Assembly: GCA_022838705.1 (NCBI GenBank)
Contig: JALHJZ010000002.1
Location: 213,258-277,257 of the forward strand
Source: Candidatus Bipolaricaulota bacterium
GTDB lineage: Bacteria > Bipolaricaulota > Bipolaricaulia > Bipolaricaulales > Bipolaricaulaceae
Reading direction: 5' to 3'
DNA: 64,000 nt
Shown: positions 48,114 through 55,918 of the stretch, one piece after another
Layout: each line of letters starts with the position of its first letter
How positions within the stretch are numbered: the first letter of the stretch is position 1
Notes under the pieces: model-generated
Databases searched by the model: none
What the model was told of the DNA's origin: nothing
Seen by the model: only the letters and a program-made list of their open reading frames with translations
Translations under genes and position numbers: made by a program

Positions 48114-48136
48114 GTTGGGGATTATACTTGCCGTCA
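48114..48136. promoter_or_regulatory. bidirectional promoter with overlapping -10 boxes
   Basis: ATTATACT at 48121-48128 gives TATAAT on minus (7 nt before rimP ATG) and TATACT on plus (8 nt before rluD GTG). Confidence 0.7.
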
Positions 48137-49042
48137 GTGACGGACACAACGAGCGGAATTCGTAGAGATCGCATCCTCGTGGGGGAGGGCGAGGACGGGG
48201 AGAGGCTGGACCGGCTGCTTGCGCGCCGGCTGGCGATCCCCCGATCCCAGGCCCAGTCGCTCATCGCGAGCGAAGCGGTCCGCATCGGGGGGAGGACGCC
48301 CTCCCGGTCGCGCCGGCTGAGGGCGGGAGAGGAGATCGAGGTGACCTGGAGCGGGCCGGGGATCGTCCCCACCCCGGCCGCGATCCCTGTTCTGTACGAA
48401 GATAGCGACCTGATCGTGGTCAACAAGCCCCGCGGGCTCCCCGTACACCCGGGGGGGCCTGGGACCACAGTATCGGTGGTGTCCATCCTCCTCGCCCGAG
48501 GGCCCCTTGCCCCCGCTGCCCCCAACCGGCCGGGGGTGGTCCATCGGTTGGACGCCGCCACAACGGGAGCCCTCGTGGTGGCGAAGACCCCGGTTGCGCT
48601 GGAGGGGCTGATCGCGCAGTTCCGGGCGCGCACGGTGAAGAAGGAGTACCTCGCGGTCGTGCACGGGGCCCTCACGGTGGACGAGGGGACCATCGCCGGG
48701 CGGATCGGGCGCGATGCCGCCCGCCCATGGCGGATGCGCATCGGGGGGGCGAAGGATGCCCACACCGAGTTCTCCGTCCTCGCCCGGCGAGAGGACGAGG
48801 CCCTGCTCGTCGTCCGGCCACGCACGGGACGGACCCACCAGATTCGGGTCCACCTGGCGACAATCGGGCACCCTGTCGTCGGCGATCCCCTCTACGGGAG
48901 GGGAGGGGGACCGCTGCTCCTCCACGCGTGGCGGCTCGGGTTCCGCCACCCCGCTAGCGGGGCATGGATGGAGTGCGAGGCGGAACCTCCGCCGGAGTTC
49001 GCGTCGTGGTTCGGCGGACGAGGTAGTACACCCCCGCGATGA
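48137..49042 (+). CDS. rluD: RluA/RluD-family pseudouridine synthase
   Basis: S4 RLDRLLA, VVNKPRG, VVHRLD, TGRTHQIRVH, GDPLYG, LHAWRLGFRHP. Confidence 0.9.
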   Translation: MTDTTSGIRRDRILVGEGEDGERLDRLLARRLAIPRSQAQSLIASEAVRIGGRTPSRSRRLRAGEEIEVTWSGPGIVPTPAAIPVLYEDSDLIVVNKPRGLPVHPGGPGTTVSVVSILLARGPLAPAAPNRPGVVHRLDAATTGALVVAKTPVALEGLIAQFRARTVKKEYLAVVHGALTVDEGTIAGRIGRDAARPWRMRIGGAKDAHTEFSVLARREDEALLVVRPRTGRTHQIRVHLATIGHPVVGDPLYGRGGGPLLLHAWRLGFRHPASGAWMECEAEPPPEFASWFGGRGSTPPR

Positions 49043-49490
49043 ACTGTCCCCCCACCGCGCCCCAGAATACGCCGATCGCGCGGGGGGAGAGGAGGAGGAG
49101 GCCGGCCGCGAGCGCGGTGAGCCCGGCCGCAGCCTTCCCTGGCCACTCCGCCACGAACTCCTGCCGCCGTTGCCACAGGACAAGGGCCCCCACCGCCAGT
49201 CCGAGCTGGGGAAAAGCGAACAGCCCCAACCCGAAGTACGGGATCCGTCCCACCACGGCGAGGGCGGAAAAGAGGGCAAGGTAGAACGCCTTGTCCACCA
49301 GGGGATCGAGGAGCTGGCCCACGATCGTGACCTGATGGCCCCTCCGCGCTACCCAGCCGTCGAGGATGTCCGTCGCCAGCGCGACCACGAACAGGATGAG
49401 GGCGGCCCGCCAGTGGCCACCCAAGACGGCGATCACGGTGGGCACCGCGAGCAGCCCCCGCAGCGTGGTGAGGGCATTGGCGAGCGTCAT
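48954..49490 (-). CDS. pgsA: CDP-alcohol phosphatidyltransferase (phosphatidylglycerophosphate synthase-like)
   Basis: ANALTTLR, TDILDGWVARR, GQLLDPLVDK. Confidence 0.85.
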   Translation of the reverse strand: MTLANALTTLRGLLAVPTVIAVLGGHWRAALILFVVALATDILDGWVARRGHQVTIVGQLLDPLVDKAFYLALFSALAVVGRIPYFGLGLFAFPQLGLAVGALVLWQRRQEFVAEWPGKAAAGLTALAAGLLLLSPRAIGVFWGAVGGQFIAGVYYLVRRTTTRTPAEVPPRTPSMPR

Positions 49491-49539
49491 CCCCGGCATG
49501 GTACCCTCGCTCGCCGGGAAGGCCAACCGCACCGGCGAG

Positions 49540-50199
49540 CTAGCGCACGCGGCGACCGGGGGCGGCTTGGGAGAGCGCGCTACAGCCCGTGGCGTGGCAG
49601 GCCCTCACGCGGTAGTAGTACCACGTTCCGGGCGCCGCCGTCCGATCGTCGAAGGACGTTGCGGTGACGTTGTTCGCCACGAGCTCAAACCCCGCGTCCG
49701 GGGCCACGTCCCGGTACACCTGGTAGTAGGTGGCGCCGGGCACCGGATCCCATGTGACGTCGATCCTATCGGCGTAGATCTGGCTCGCCTGGACGTTGGT
49801 CGGGGCAGGGGGGTAGCCAGCGTAGCCGGGGACAGAAGGCGACCGAGGCCCGCACCCCGCGGAGTTGCACGCCGCGACCTGGTACCAGTAGAGGTGTCCC
49901 CAGTCGGCCATCCCCATCGGATCGCTGTAAACCAGGGACGGGGTTTCCCCGATGAGGACTCCCGTTTCCTCCGCGCGTTCGGCGCGGAACACGCGGTAGG
50001 TGGTTGCCCCTGCCACGGCGGCCCACGAGATCTCGATCCGGTCCTCAAACTGGCCGCAAGACACCGTGACCCCGGGCGGGGCCTGGTCCGGGGGCAGTTC
50101 CGGCAGGAGGTCGAGGAGACCGCACCCGGTGAGCGCAAGGCCCATCGCCGCGAGCACAAGTCCCCACCACCGGCTCCGCACGTGCGCATCCTGGTTCAT
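49540..50199 (-). CDS. fibronectin type III domain lipoprotein
   Basis: Lipobox LTGC; two FN3 repeats (ISWAAVAGATTYRVFR, VTWDPVPGATYYQVYR). Confidence 0.82.
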   Translation of the reverse strand: MNQDAHVRSRWWGLVLAAMGLALTGCGLLDLLPELPPDQAPPGVTVSCGQFEDRIEISWAAVAGATTYRVFRAERAEETGVLIGETPSLVYSDPMGMADWGHLYWYQVAACNSAGCGPRSPSVPGYAGYPPAPTNVQASQIYADRIDVTWDPVPGATYYQVYRDVAPDAGFELVANNVTATSFDDRTAAPGTWYYYRVRACHATGCSALSQAAPGRRVR

Positions 50200-50214
50200 C
50201 TTCGCTCCCCTCCT

Positions 50215-51303
50215 CTAGGTAAGCCGATGATAGGCCCGATCTCGCGCTGCGACAAACGGAGGGAGCCGAAGGTCGAGCGCCCGCAGCTCGGCCATCACTT
50301 CCTCCCGCGGCGCAGAGAGGGGCCCCACGATCTCCTCTTCCCGGGCACGAAGAAGAGGGAGAGAGAGCGCGATCCTGTCGCCATCGGCGACGTAGCGGCG
50401 GGAGAGGCCGCTTATCCGCTCCGCGAGCCCCACCACCCGGTCCTCCTCCACGATCTTGTCCGCGTAGTGGACGACCTTCCCCTCCCACGTGCGCGGATTC
50501 GCTCCCAGGACGTGCCCCTCAGCGATCCCGGCGAGGTCGGGCCAACCAAGCTCGCGGAGGATCTGTCCCGCCTTCACCCCGTGCTCCGTACGGTCCATCG
50601 CGGAAAGTTTGTCCAGATCGTGAAGGAGCCCTCCCCGGTGGGCGAGAAGGGGATCCACCGGGATCCCTTCTGCCCGCAGGCGCCACGCGAGCCAATGCGC
50701 GACCCCTGCTACGGCGAGCGAGTGCCGCACGATGTTCTCGGGGACAGCGTGCTCGCGCAGGATCGCGAGGGCCGCGGCGAGATCGGGGGGGAACGGGCGA
50801 TCCAAGGTGGAGGGGAGGTCCTCCAGGGCCCAAACCTCCGCGTCATGGATGGGGTGGACGAGCGGACAGGGGGAACGAGCAGGGTTGAACCAAATCGCCC
50901 GCAGCCCGGCTCCCTTGGCGCCGACGATGTCGGTCCCGTACCCGTCCCCAACCATCACCGCACCCGCGGGGGGGCAGCCGATGCGTTCCAGCACAGCGTG
51001 GAAGAACCCGGGATCGGGCTTGCCCTTCCCCACGTCGCGCGCCGTGATCACCGCGGCCAGGTGCGGATCGAGCCCGACCTGGGCGAGGGTCTTCCGCACC
51101 TGGCGTTCATCGGACAGGCGAGCGTTCGTGGCCACGGCGAGGATGTAGCGGCCATGAAGCGCGCGCAGGGCCTCCCTCGCGCCGGGGGTCGCCTCGATCC
51201 TCGGCCCGTCGGGGAGCGGGCCGTCGGACCCGGGGACCTCCCGCAGCAGCGTCCCGCCCAAATCGAACACGATCGCCTGAACCGGGCTAGGTTGGGTTCC
51301 CAT
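50215..51303 (-). CDS. HAD hydrolase-HD domain fusion
   Basis: FDLGGTL, GKPDP, VGDGYGTDIVGA; then HSLAVA, LLHDLDK, YADK. Confidence 0.8.
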   Translation of the reverse strand: MGTQPSPVQAIVFDLGGTLLREVPGSDGPLPDGPRIEATPGAREALRALHGRYILAVATNARLSDERQVRKTLAQVGLDPHLAAVITARDVGKGKPDPGFFHAVLERIGCPPAGAVMVGDGYGTDIVGAKGAGLRAIWFNPARSPCPLVHPIHDAEVWALEDLPSTLDRPFPPDLAAALAILREHAVPENIVRHSLAVAGVAHWLAWRLRAEGIPVDPLLAHRGGLLHDLDKLSAMDRTEHGVKAGQILRELGWPDLAGIAEGHVLGANPRTWEGKVVHYADKIVEEDRVVGLAERISGLSRRYVADGDRIALSLPLLRAREEEIVGPLSAPREEVMAELRALDLRLPPFVAARDRAYHRLT

Positions 51304-51313
51304 CTCCGCGCGA

Positions 51314-51814
51314 TCACATCCGGCGCGACGTCGCCCAGCGCAGGGATCCCGGCTGGACCGAGGTACACCGAAACCCGGCCTTCGCAAGGACGCGGATCGA
51401 GGCAGCGTTCTCCGGCGCACACTCCGCAACGACCCGCCCCACCTCGGGATGAGTGAACGCCCAACCGATGAGGGCGTGCACCGCTTCGGTGGCGTGGCCC
51501 TGCCCGCGGAAAGCGGGAGCGGTCCCGTACCCGATCTCCACGGTCCCGTCCGGAGCAGGCCGGCCCTTGAACCCCGCATCCCCCACGATCGCGTTCGCCC
51601 CCCGATCGATGGAGATCCAAATCCCCCACCCGAGGGCGCTCGGGTCGTGGAGGAGCTCCTGGAGGTAGAGGGGGAGGATCCCCGTGAGTTCCGGCGATGG
51701 CCAGCCGGGCGGGACCGCGGCGCCGAGGATCCGCTCCGCCCCCTCGCTGAGAAGCGTCTGGGCGACCTCAACGGGACAGGCCACGAGCGCGAGCCGGCGG
51801 GTGGGGAGGATCAT
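51314..51814 (-). CDS. RimJ/RimL-family GNAT acetyltransferase
   Basis: VGDAGF, VEIGYG, FRGQGHATEA, NAASIRVLAKAGF. Confidence 0.88.
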   Translation of the reverse strand: MILPTRRLALVACPVEVAQTLLSEGAERILGAAVPPGWPSPELTGILPLYLQELLHDPSALGWGIWISIDRGANAIVGDAGFKGRPAPDGTVEIGYGTAPAFRGQGHATEAVHALIGWAFTHPEVGRVVAECAPENAASIRVLAKAGFRCTSVQPGSLRWATSRRM

Positions 51815-51969
51815 CCTCCCACCGTATCCAGAACCACCGCTAGTCGCCTCGACCCTCCCGCCACGAGGGAGAACCCGATCGTGGAGATGAGGACGGACTG
51901 GAGGTCCCGCGGGGAGAGGCCAATTGCGCGGAACGGGTGAACGAGGGCCCCCAGGCCTTGACGGCTCAC
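51811..51969 (-). CDS. putative 52-aa small protein
   Basis: GTGA overlap with the trmD stop and ATGA overlap with the GNAT start; host-like C/G-ending codons; hydrophobic core. Confidence 0.35.
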   Translation of the reverse strand: MSRQGLGALVHPFRAIGLSPRDLQSVLISTIGFSLVAGGSRRLAVVLDTVGG

Positions 51970-52676
51970 GGCGCCTCGCTCCGTTCCGCGGGAGGAAGGT
52001 TCAATCCTACGAGGTCGGGGCGGTGACGGAGGGTCTTCCGCCACGCCTCCCTCTCCCGCCAGCGGCGGATCTTCTCGTGGTCGCCGGAGAGGAGGACGGG
52101 CGGCACCTCCATCCCCTGGAACACCCGGGGGCGGGTGTACTGGGGGTACCCCAAGCGCGGCCCAGAGTAGAAGGAGTCAGTGGCTGCCGACTCGTGGCGC
52201 CCAACCACCCCGGGCACCATCCGCGCCGTCGTCTCCAACACCACCGCTGCGGCGAGCTCGCCCCCCGCGAGGACGTAGTCCCCGATCGAGAGCTCGAGAT
52301 CGCACCGCGCGGCCACCCGCTCGTCCACCCCCTCGTAGCGACCGCAGAGAAGGGCCACCGCGCGCTCCTGGGCCAGGGCATGCGCGATCTCCTGGGAGAA
52401 GCGGACCCCCTGCGCGGAGAGGAGCACCGTGTACGGCCTCCTCCCGGCCTCGCGCCCGATCGCCGCGAGCGCCCGCGCGAACGGCTCCGGCCGCATCACC
52501 ATCCCCGCCCCGCCCCCGAACGGCCGGTCGTCCACGATCCCCCCCTCCGGGGAGAAGAGCCGCAGGTTATGGAGGTGGATCTCGATCAGTCCCTTGTCCT
52601 GCGCCCCCCGGAGGATCCCCTCCGCGGCGAACGGGACGAGCATCTCCGGATGGAGGGTGACGACGTCAAACCTCAT
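51966..52676 (-). CDS. trmD: tRNA (guanine37-N1)-methyltransferase
   Basis: VDDRPFGGGAGMVM, LCGRYEGVDER, IGDYVLAGGE, PQYTRP, LLSGDH. Confidence 0.97.
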   Translation of the reverse strand: MRFDVVTLHPEMLVPFAAEGILRGAQDKGLIEIHLHNLRLFSPEGGIVDDRPFGGGAGMVMRPEPFARALAAIGREAGRRPYTVLLSAQGVRFSQEIAHALAQERAVALLCGRYEGVDERVAARCDLELSIGDYVLAGGELAAAVVLETTARMVPGVVGRHESAATDSFYSGPRLGYPQYTRPRVFQGMEVPPVLLSGDHEKIRRWREREAWRKTLRHRPDLVGLNLPPAERSEAP

Positions 52677-52894
52677 TTCCAGTCCACAATCACGGTCTGG
52701 CCGGCCTGCGCAGCGATGGCCTCGATGACCGTGGCGAGGGCCTCCCGATCACGGGCGGCGAGCCCGCGATCGTCGGGCCCAGTCAGGCGAAGGAACAGGA
52801 AATCCACGCCCCCGGAACGGATGTGCTCGACGTGGACCTCGCCCGGCCGCGAGGTCACCGCGCGGAGGAGGTACCGCGCGAGGTCAGCCAGCAT
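52673..52894 (-). CDS. khpA: KhpA-like protein with a degenerate KH loop
   Basis: Position between rpsP and trmD; L..YLL..VTSRP..V.V pattern; GxxG loop missing. Confidence 0.55.
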   Translation of the reverse strand: MLADLARYLLRAVTSRPGEVHVEHIRSGGVDFLFLRLTGPDDRGLAARDREALATVIEAIAAQAGQTVIVDWK

Positions 52895-53183
52895 CTCCTT
52901 CGCCCGGCGCAGCGCCGCGGCCCGCTCGGGCGTCTTCGAGCGCCTTGAGAACGCCGCTCTTCGCCAACAGGCGGCGGGCGGCCGCGGACGGTTGGGCCCC
53001 CCGGCGGAGCCAGGACAGGGCGGCCTCCGCATCCAGCGTGAACTCCTCGGGCTCGGCGAGCGGGTTGTAGTGGCCGATCGTCGCCACAGCCCGGCCTCCT
53101 TGCTTGTCCGCCCCCTCCATCACCACGATCCGGTAGCTGGGCTGCTTGCGCTTGCCCACCCGCATGAGCCTGATCTTGACCAT
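52884..53183 (-). CDS. rpsP: 30S ribosomal protein S16
   Basis: MVKIRLMRVGKRKQPSYRIVV, IGHYNP, GAQPS. Confidence 0.96.
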   Translation of the reverse strand: MVKIRLMRVGKRKQPSYRIVVMEGADKQGGRAVATIGHYNPLAEPEEFTLDAEAALSWLRRGAQPSAAARRLLAKSGVLKALEDARAGRGAAPGEGDAG

Positions 53184-53187
53184 CCCA

Positions 53188-54498
53188 TCACCTCATCACT
53201 GGAACGCGTCCGCCCCCTCCCGGGGGCCGTCGCTGCTTGCCTAACCCGCGCACAAGGCGCCGCGCCTGCTCGTATTGGGACAGAAGCTGATTCACTTCCT
53301 GAACAGTAGTTCCCGAACCGCGGGCGATCCGGCGCTTGCGGCTGGCCCCGATTATATGGGGGTGGCGCCGCTCCTCAACCGTCATCGATTGGATGATGGC
53401 CCGTGCCCGCTTGAGCTCGGACTCCATCTCCGCGTCGGGGGCGACCTTCCCCAGGCCGGGGATCTTGGCGAGGAGCTGGTCCAAGGGTCCGGCGCGGCTC
53501 ATCGCCTCGAACTGGATGAGGAAGTCCTCGAGGGTGAACGTCCCCTCCCGCACCCGGGCCGCCGTGGCCGCGACCTCCTCCCCCCCCGCCTCGGCGAGCT
53601 TCTCCGCCAGCCCAGCCAGATCGCCGAACCCGAGGATCCGGTCCGCCATCCGCCCGGGATCGAACGGTTCGAGGTCCTCGGGCTTCTCCCCCACCCCCAC
53701 GAACAGGACTGGCTTCCCAAGCCGGGTCGGCAGGGAGAGGGCGGCCCCTCCGCGCGCATCCCCGTCGAGCTTGGTGAGGATGAGCCCCGTGATCCCGAGG
53801 GGGGCGAACGCCTCGCCCATCCGCACCGCCTCCTGGCCCACGAGCGCGTCGAGGACGAGGAGGAGATCGCTTGGCTCAACTGAGGCCACGAGATCGGCCA
53901 CGAACGGGGGAGGCGCCACTCCGGGGGGGGTGCCCGGCGTGTCCACGATCAGGACATCGCGGAGCTCCCGCCGGGCCCGCTCCGCCGCGCGCTCCACCTC
54001 GACGACGGGGTCCTCCACCGCTGGGGTGAACGCGATCCCGAGCCGCGAGGCCAAGGTCGCGAGCTGCTCCGCCGCCGCAGGGCGCTGCGGGTCGGCGCAC
54101 ACGAGGAGGGGCTGGCGCCCCTTGCGGAGGAGGTGCCGCGCCAGTTTCCCCGCGGTGGTCGTCTTCCCCGATCCCGCTGGGCCCACGAGGAGGACGATCG
54201 CCGGCCGTCCCGCCAGGCGGAGCTTGGCCGCCTCGCCCCCCATCGCCGTCGCCATCTCCGCCCGCACAATCCCCAGGAGCTGCTCGGCAGGGGCGAGCGA
54301 CTCCACGACCTTCTCCCCCACCGACCGTTCCTCGACCCGCGCCAAGAGATCGCGCACCACCCCGTAGTGGACATCGGCCGCGAGGAGGGCCTGCCGGATC
54401 TCGCGCAGCCCGGCCTCGACCTCCGCCGGGGTGAGCCGCCCGGGGGCACGAAGCCTCTGGAACGCCTGGGACAGCCGCTCGGTCAATGACTCAAACAC
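53188..54498 (-). CDS. ffh: signal recognition particle protein
   Basis: MFESLTERL, ALLAADV, GSGKTTT, DTPG, TKLDGDARGG, SMTVEER, RIARGSG. Confidence 0.95.
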   Translation of the reverse strand: MFESLTERLSQAFQRLRAPGRLTPAEVEAGLREIRQALLAADVHYGVVRDLLARVEERSVGEKVVESLAPAEQLLGIVRAEMATAMGGEAAKLRLAGRPAIVLLVGPAGSGKTTTAGKLARHLLRKGRQPLLVCADPQRPAAAEQLATLASRLGIAFTPAVEDPVVEVERAAERARRELRDVLIVDTPGTPPGVAPPPFVADLVASVEPSDLLLVLDALVGQEAVRMGEAFAPLGITGLILTKLDGDARGGAALSLPTRLGKPVLFVGVGEKPEDLEPFDPGRMADRILGFGDLAGLAEKLAEAGGEEVAATAARVREGTFTLEDFLIQFEAMSRAGPLDQLLAKIPGLGKVAPDAEMESELKRARAIIQSMTVEERRHPHIIGASRKRRIARGSGTTVQEVNQLLSQYEQARRLVRGLGKQRRPPGGGGRVPVMR

Positions 54499-54606
54499 AA
54501 CGGTGAAGTCTACGTCCCGCGAGACCGGCCAACAACGACCGCATCCGGGACCGAGACCTGGGCCGGGGCGAACCTCGACTATAATCGCTACCGAGGTGAT
54601 GGAGAG

Positions 54607-55908
54607 GTGACTCCAGAGTCGCAAGGTATCGTTCTTTTTCTTCTCCTACTTCTCTCCGCTTTTTTCTCCGCTTCTGAGACGGCATTGTCTGCTCTTTCCG
54701 AGCTCCGGGTGTTCCACCTCCTTCGCCGGACCTCTTCAAAACAGAAGGTAAAGGCCCTCGAGCACCTGATGCGCGATCCCAACGACTTCATCACCTGCAT
54801 TGTCATCTACAACAACCTCGTCAACGTCGGGGCATCGAGCCTGGCCACCCTCCTCTTCCTGCGCCTCCTCCCGACCCTCCCTGAGTACGCGCAAGGCCTC
54901 ATCTCCACGGTCGTCCTGACGACGCTCCTCCTCCTCATCGGGGAGATCACCCCCAAGAACATCGCCCGCAACCGCCCGGAGGCAGTGGCGATGGCGGTGA
55001 TCGTCCCCGTGTGGCAGCTTACGCGGGCCTCCCATCCCGTGGTGCGGTTCTTCCGCAGGGCGGGGGCGTACCTGGTACGTCCGTTTGGGATCGAATTCTT
55101 CTCCCGGGAGCGGGCGTCGCTGTCCAGGGACCAACTCGTGTCCATCATCGAGCTGGGGGAGGAACGGGGGGCCCTCTCCCGAGATCATGGGGACATGATG
55201 CGGCGGATCCTCGCCCTGGACGAGATCACGGCTGAGGACATCATGGTCCCCCGCACCGACATGAAGACGATCGAGGTGGGGACCCCCCTGGCCGAGGTGG
55301 TGAAGTTCATCGTTTCCGACGGCCACTCCCGCTATCCGGTGTACCAGGGGACGCAAGACAACGTGGTCGGGCTCCTCCATGCCAAGGACCTCCTTGCCCA
55401 CCTCGGGGAGCCCCCGGCGAGCGTTTCCCTCACCTCCCTCCTCCGCCCGGTCTCGTTCACGCCGACTACGAAGCCGATCGGTGCCCTCCTCCAGGAGTTC
55501 CAACGGGAGCGGTCCCACATGGCGGTGGTCGTGGACGAGTACGGGGGGGTAGTGGGGATCGTGACCCTGGAGGACATCCTCGAGGAGATCGTGGGGGAGA
55601 TCGAGGACGAGTACGACCGCCGCCGCCCCCGGCCCCTCATCCGCCGCCTGTCCCCGACCGAGGCGATCGTAGGCGGGGACGCCGAGGTCCGCACGGTGAA
55701 CCGGAGCCTGGGGGCGGACCTTCCCGAGGACGAAGCGGTGACGATCGCCGGGCTCGTCCTAGAACGCCTGGGCGACATCCCGGAGGTCGGGACGAAGCTT
55801 CACATCGGACGGACCGAGATCACGGTCGAACGGGCGAGCGCCCGCGAGATCACGACCGTCCGCCTCACCCTGCATCCCGAACCCAAACCCGACGAAGAGC
55901 CCACCTAG
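54607..55908 (+). CDS. CNNM/hemolysin-family CBS-domain membrane protein (CorC/HlyC C-terminus)
   Basis: SAFFSASETAL, GEITPK, MVPRTD, HSRYPV, VVDEYGG, LEEIVGEIEDEYD. Confidence 0.92.
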   Translation: MTPESQGIVLFLLLLLSAFFSASETALSALSELRVFHLLRRTSSKQKVKALEHLMRDPNDFITCIVIYNNLVNVGASSLATLLFLRLLPTLPEYAQGLISTVVLTTLLLLIGEITPKNIARNRPEAVAMAVIVPVWQLTRASHPVVRFFRRAGAYLVRPFGIEFFSRERASLSRDQLVSIIELGEERGALSRDHGDMMRRILALDEITAEDIMVPRTDMKTIEVGTPLAEVVKFIVSDGHSRYPVYQGTQDNVVGLLHAKDLLAHLGEPPASVSLTSLLRPVSFTPTTKPIGALLQEFQRERSHMAVVVDEYGGVVGIVTLEDILEEIVGEIEDEYDRRRPRPLIRRLSPTEAIVGGDAEVRTVNRSLGADLPEDEAVTIAGLVLERLGDIPEVGTKLHIGRTEITVERASAREITTVRLTLHPEPKPDEEPT

Positions 55909-55918
55909 GAGGATCAAC

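Noticed and set aside
54499-54606. SRP RNA next to ffh
   Set aside because: The conserved SRP domain IV sequence (CAGG..GGAA..AGCAG) is not present; the space is accounted for by two divergent promoters.
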